A stretch of DNA of 64,000 bases, from the NCBI GenBank assembly GCA_964187785.1, contig OZ076409.1, positions 92,008,001-92,072,000 on the forward strand, in the 5' to 3' direction. The translations under genes and the position numbers were made by a program. The first letter of the stretch is position 1; each line of letters begins with the position of its first letter. Origin of the DNA: Amphiscolops sp. MND2022 (taxonomy: Eukaryota). Positions 63,101 to 64,000 of the stretch are shown here, piece after piece. The notes beneath the pieces are model-generated. The model saw nothing but the letters and a program-made list of their open reading frames with translations, did no database searches and was not told the origin of the DNA.

Positions 63101-64000
63101 TTGTCATAGCGCACATCCCAGGAGCACAAAATACAGCTGCCGACTATTTGTCCCGTTTGGAAGCAGACCCGAAGGACAAATTAGTCATGAAGATCCGCGA
63201 AGATGTACAAACGTTACCAATTGAAATAAACGTCCAATCCGCAGGGGTGTCACAAGAAGAACAAATCTTCTATACCAATGATGACGATGAAACAGAGGAA
63301 CAATATTGGGCCAGGAAAGAAGCAATCAGGAAAAATCCCGCCATAGATGAGCCCACTGTAACAATACAGACTCTGTCCACAAATTTGGTTAAACAACACC
63401 ATGATAAACAACTCCGATTGAGGAAAACGAACCAGATCATTATCGAGCAATCCAAAGATGCAGTACTACAACAATTGAAGGCAAAACTCCTTCATGAAGA
63501 GTTTTCAGAGAACCTACTGCAGCAGGATGCTCGATACAGACATTATGCAAACAACCTGGAACGAATTGTACTTAAAGACGAAATCCTGACGAGGCAATAC
63601 TTTGATGAAACAGGGAACGTTAAATAACATCAAATTTTGCTCCCGCAACACTTACTCCAGGAATTGCTTCAGTCTTTTCATGGGACAGCACATAAACATC
63701 CTGGGATCTCAAAAATGTTGCAGGAAATTCGACAGAGGTATTACTACCCTAGCATGGCTAAACACGTCAAAAAGTGGGTAGACGGGTGCGAACAATGCCC
63801 CAGAGACAAGAGAGTCCCTAACAAAACAATTACACCTGAACTGCTCAACTTGCCCGAATGGGACCTTGGACTTGAAGACGCCATGCAGATCGACCTATTA
63901 CCGAATCTTCCCCCAAGTGGAGGCTATGAAAATGTCCTAACAGCAGTTGATGTATTTTTCAGATATCTGTTCGCATATTCCCTTACGGACGCAACAGCGA
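60155..64000 (+). pseudogene. pol: Gypsy-3 pol (PR LIDTGA, RT YVDD, RNase H TDAS, integrase start) with multiple frameshifts and stops
   Basis: Collinear with Gypsy-2 pol. Confidence 0.92.

Larger units (their letters stand above)
57442..64000 (+). mobile_element. Gypsy-3: 5' LTR (about 57442-59047), PBS, gag, pol; runs off the right edge within integrase
   Basis: TGTCGCAG start (inferred); ..ATGACA followed by TGGTGACAGGAG; domains homologous to Gypsy-2. Confidence 0.9.

Overview
Eukaryotic, AT-rich, transposon-dense DNA with GT-AG introns, probably an invertebrate animal (taxon not determinable from sequence alone). It contains three related Ty3/Gypsy elements, one BEL/Pao element, three CR1/L2-group LINE copies, a decayed hAT transposon, solo and partial LTRs, a non-autonomous small-LTR element, a MITE and three 3' exons of a host membrane-protein gene. 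The main object is a complete minus-strand Gypsy element at 13830-34811 (TSD TATTC, 2353-bp LTR, about 16.5 kb without its internal duplications). Between pol and the 3' LTR it carries a head-to-head accessory pair. One partner is an antisense 8-exon gene of about 1030 codons with a C2H2 zinc finger and an apparently catalytically dead hAT-transposase-like body. The other is a sense 287-aa ORF with a basic NLS-like run, an RVxF motif, GRG repeats and a C3H motif, ending inside U3; it has been tandemly amplified together with LTR sequence. Second highlight: the complete BEL/Pao element (36109-42465, TSD GGTAC, tRNA-Trp PBS) has a separate SGNH/GDSL-esterase-like ORF upstream of gag. All calls were made by eye; no database searches were run.
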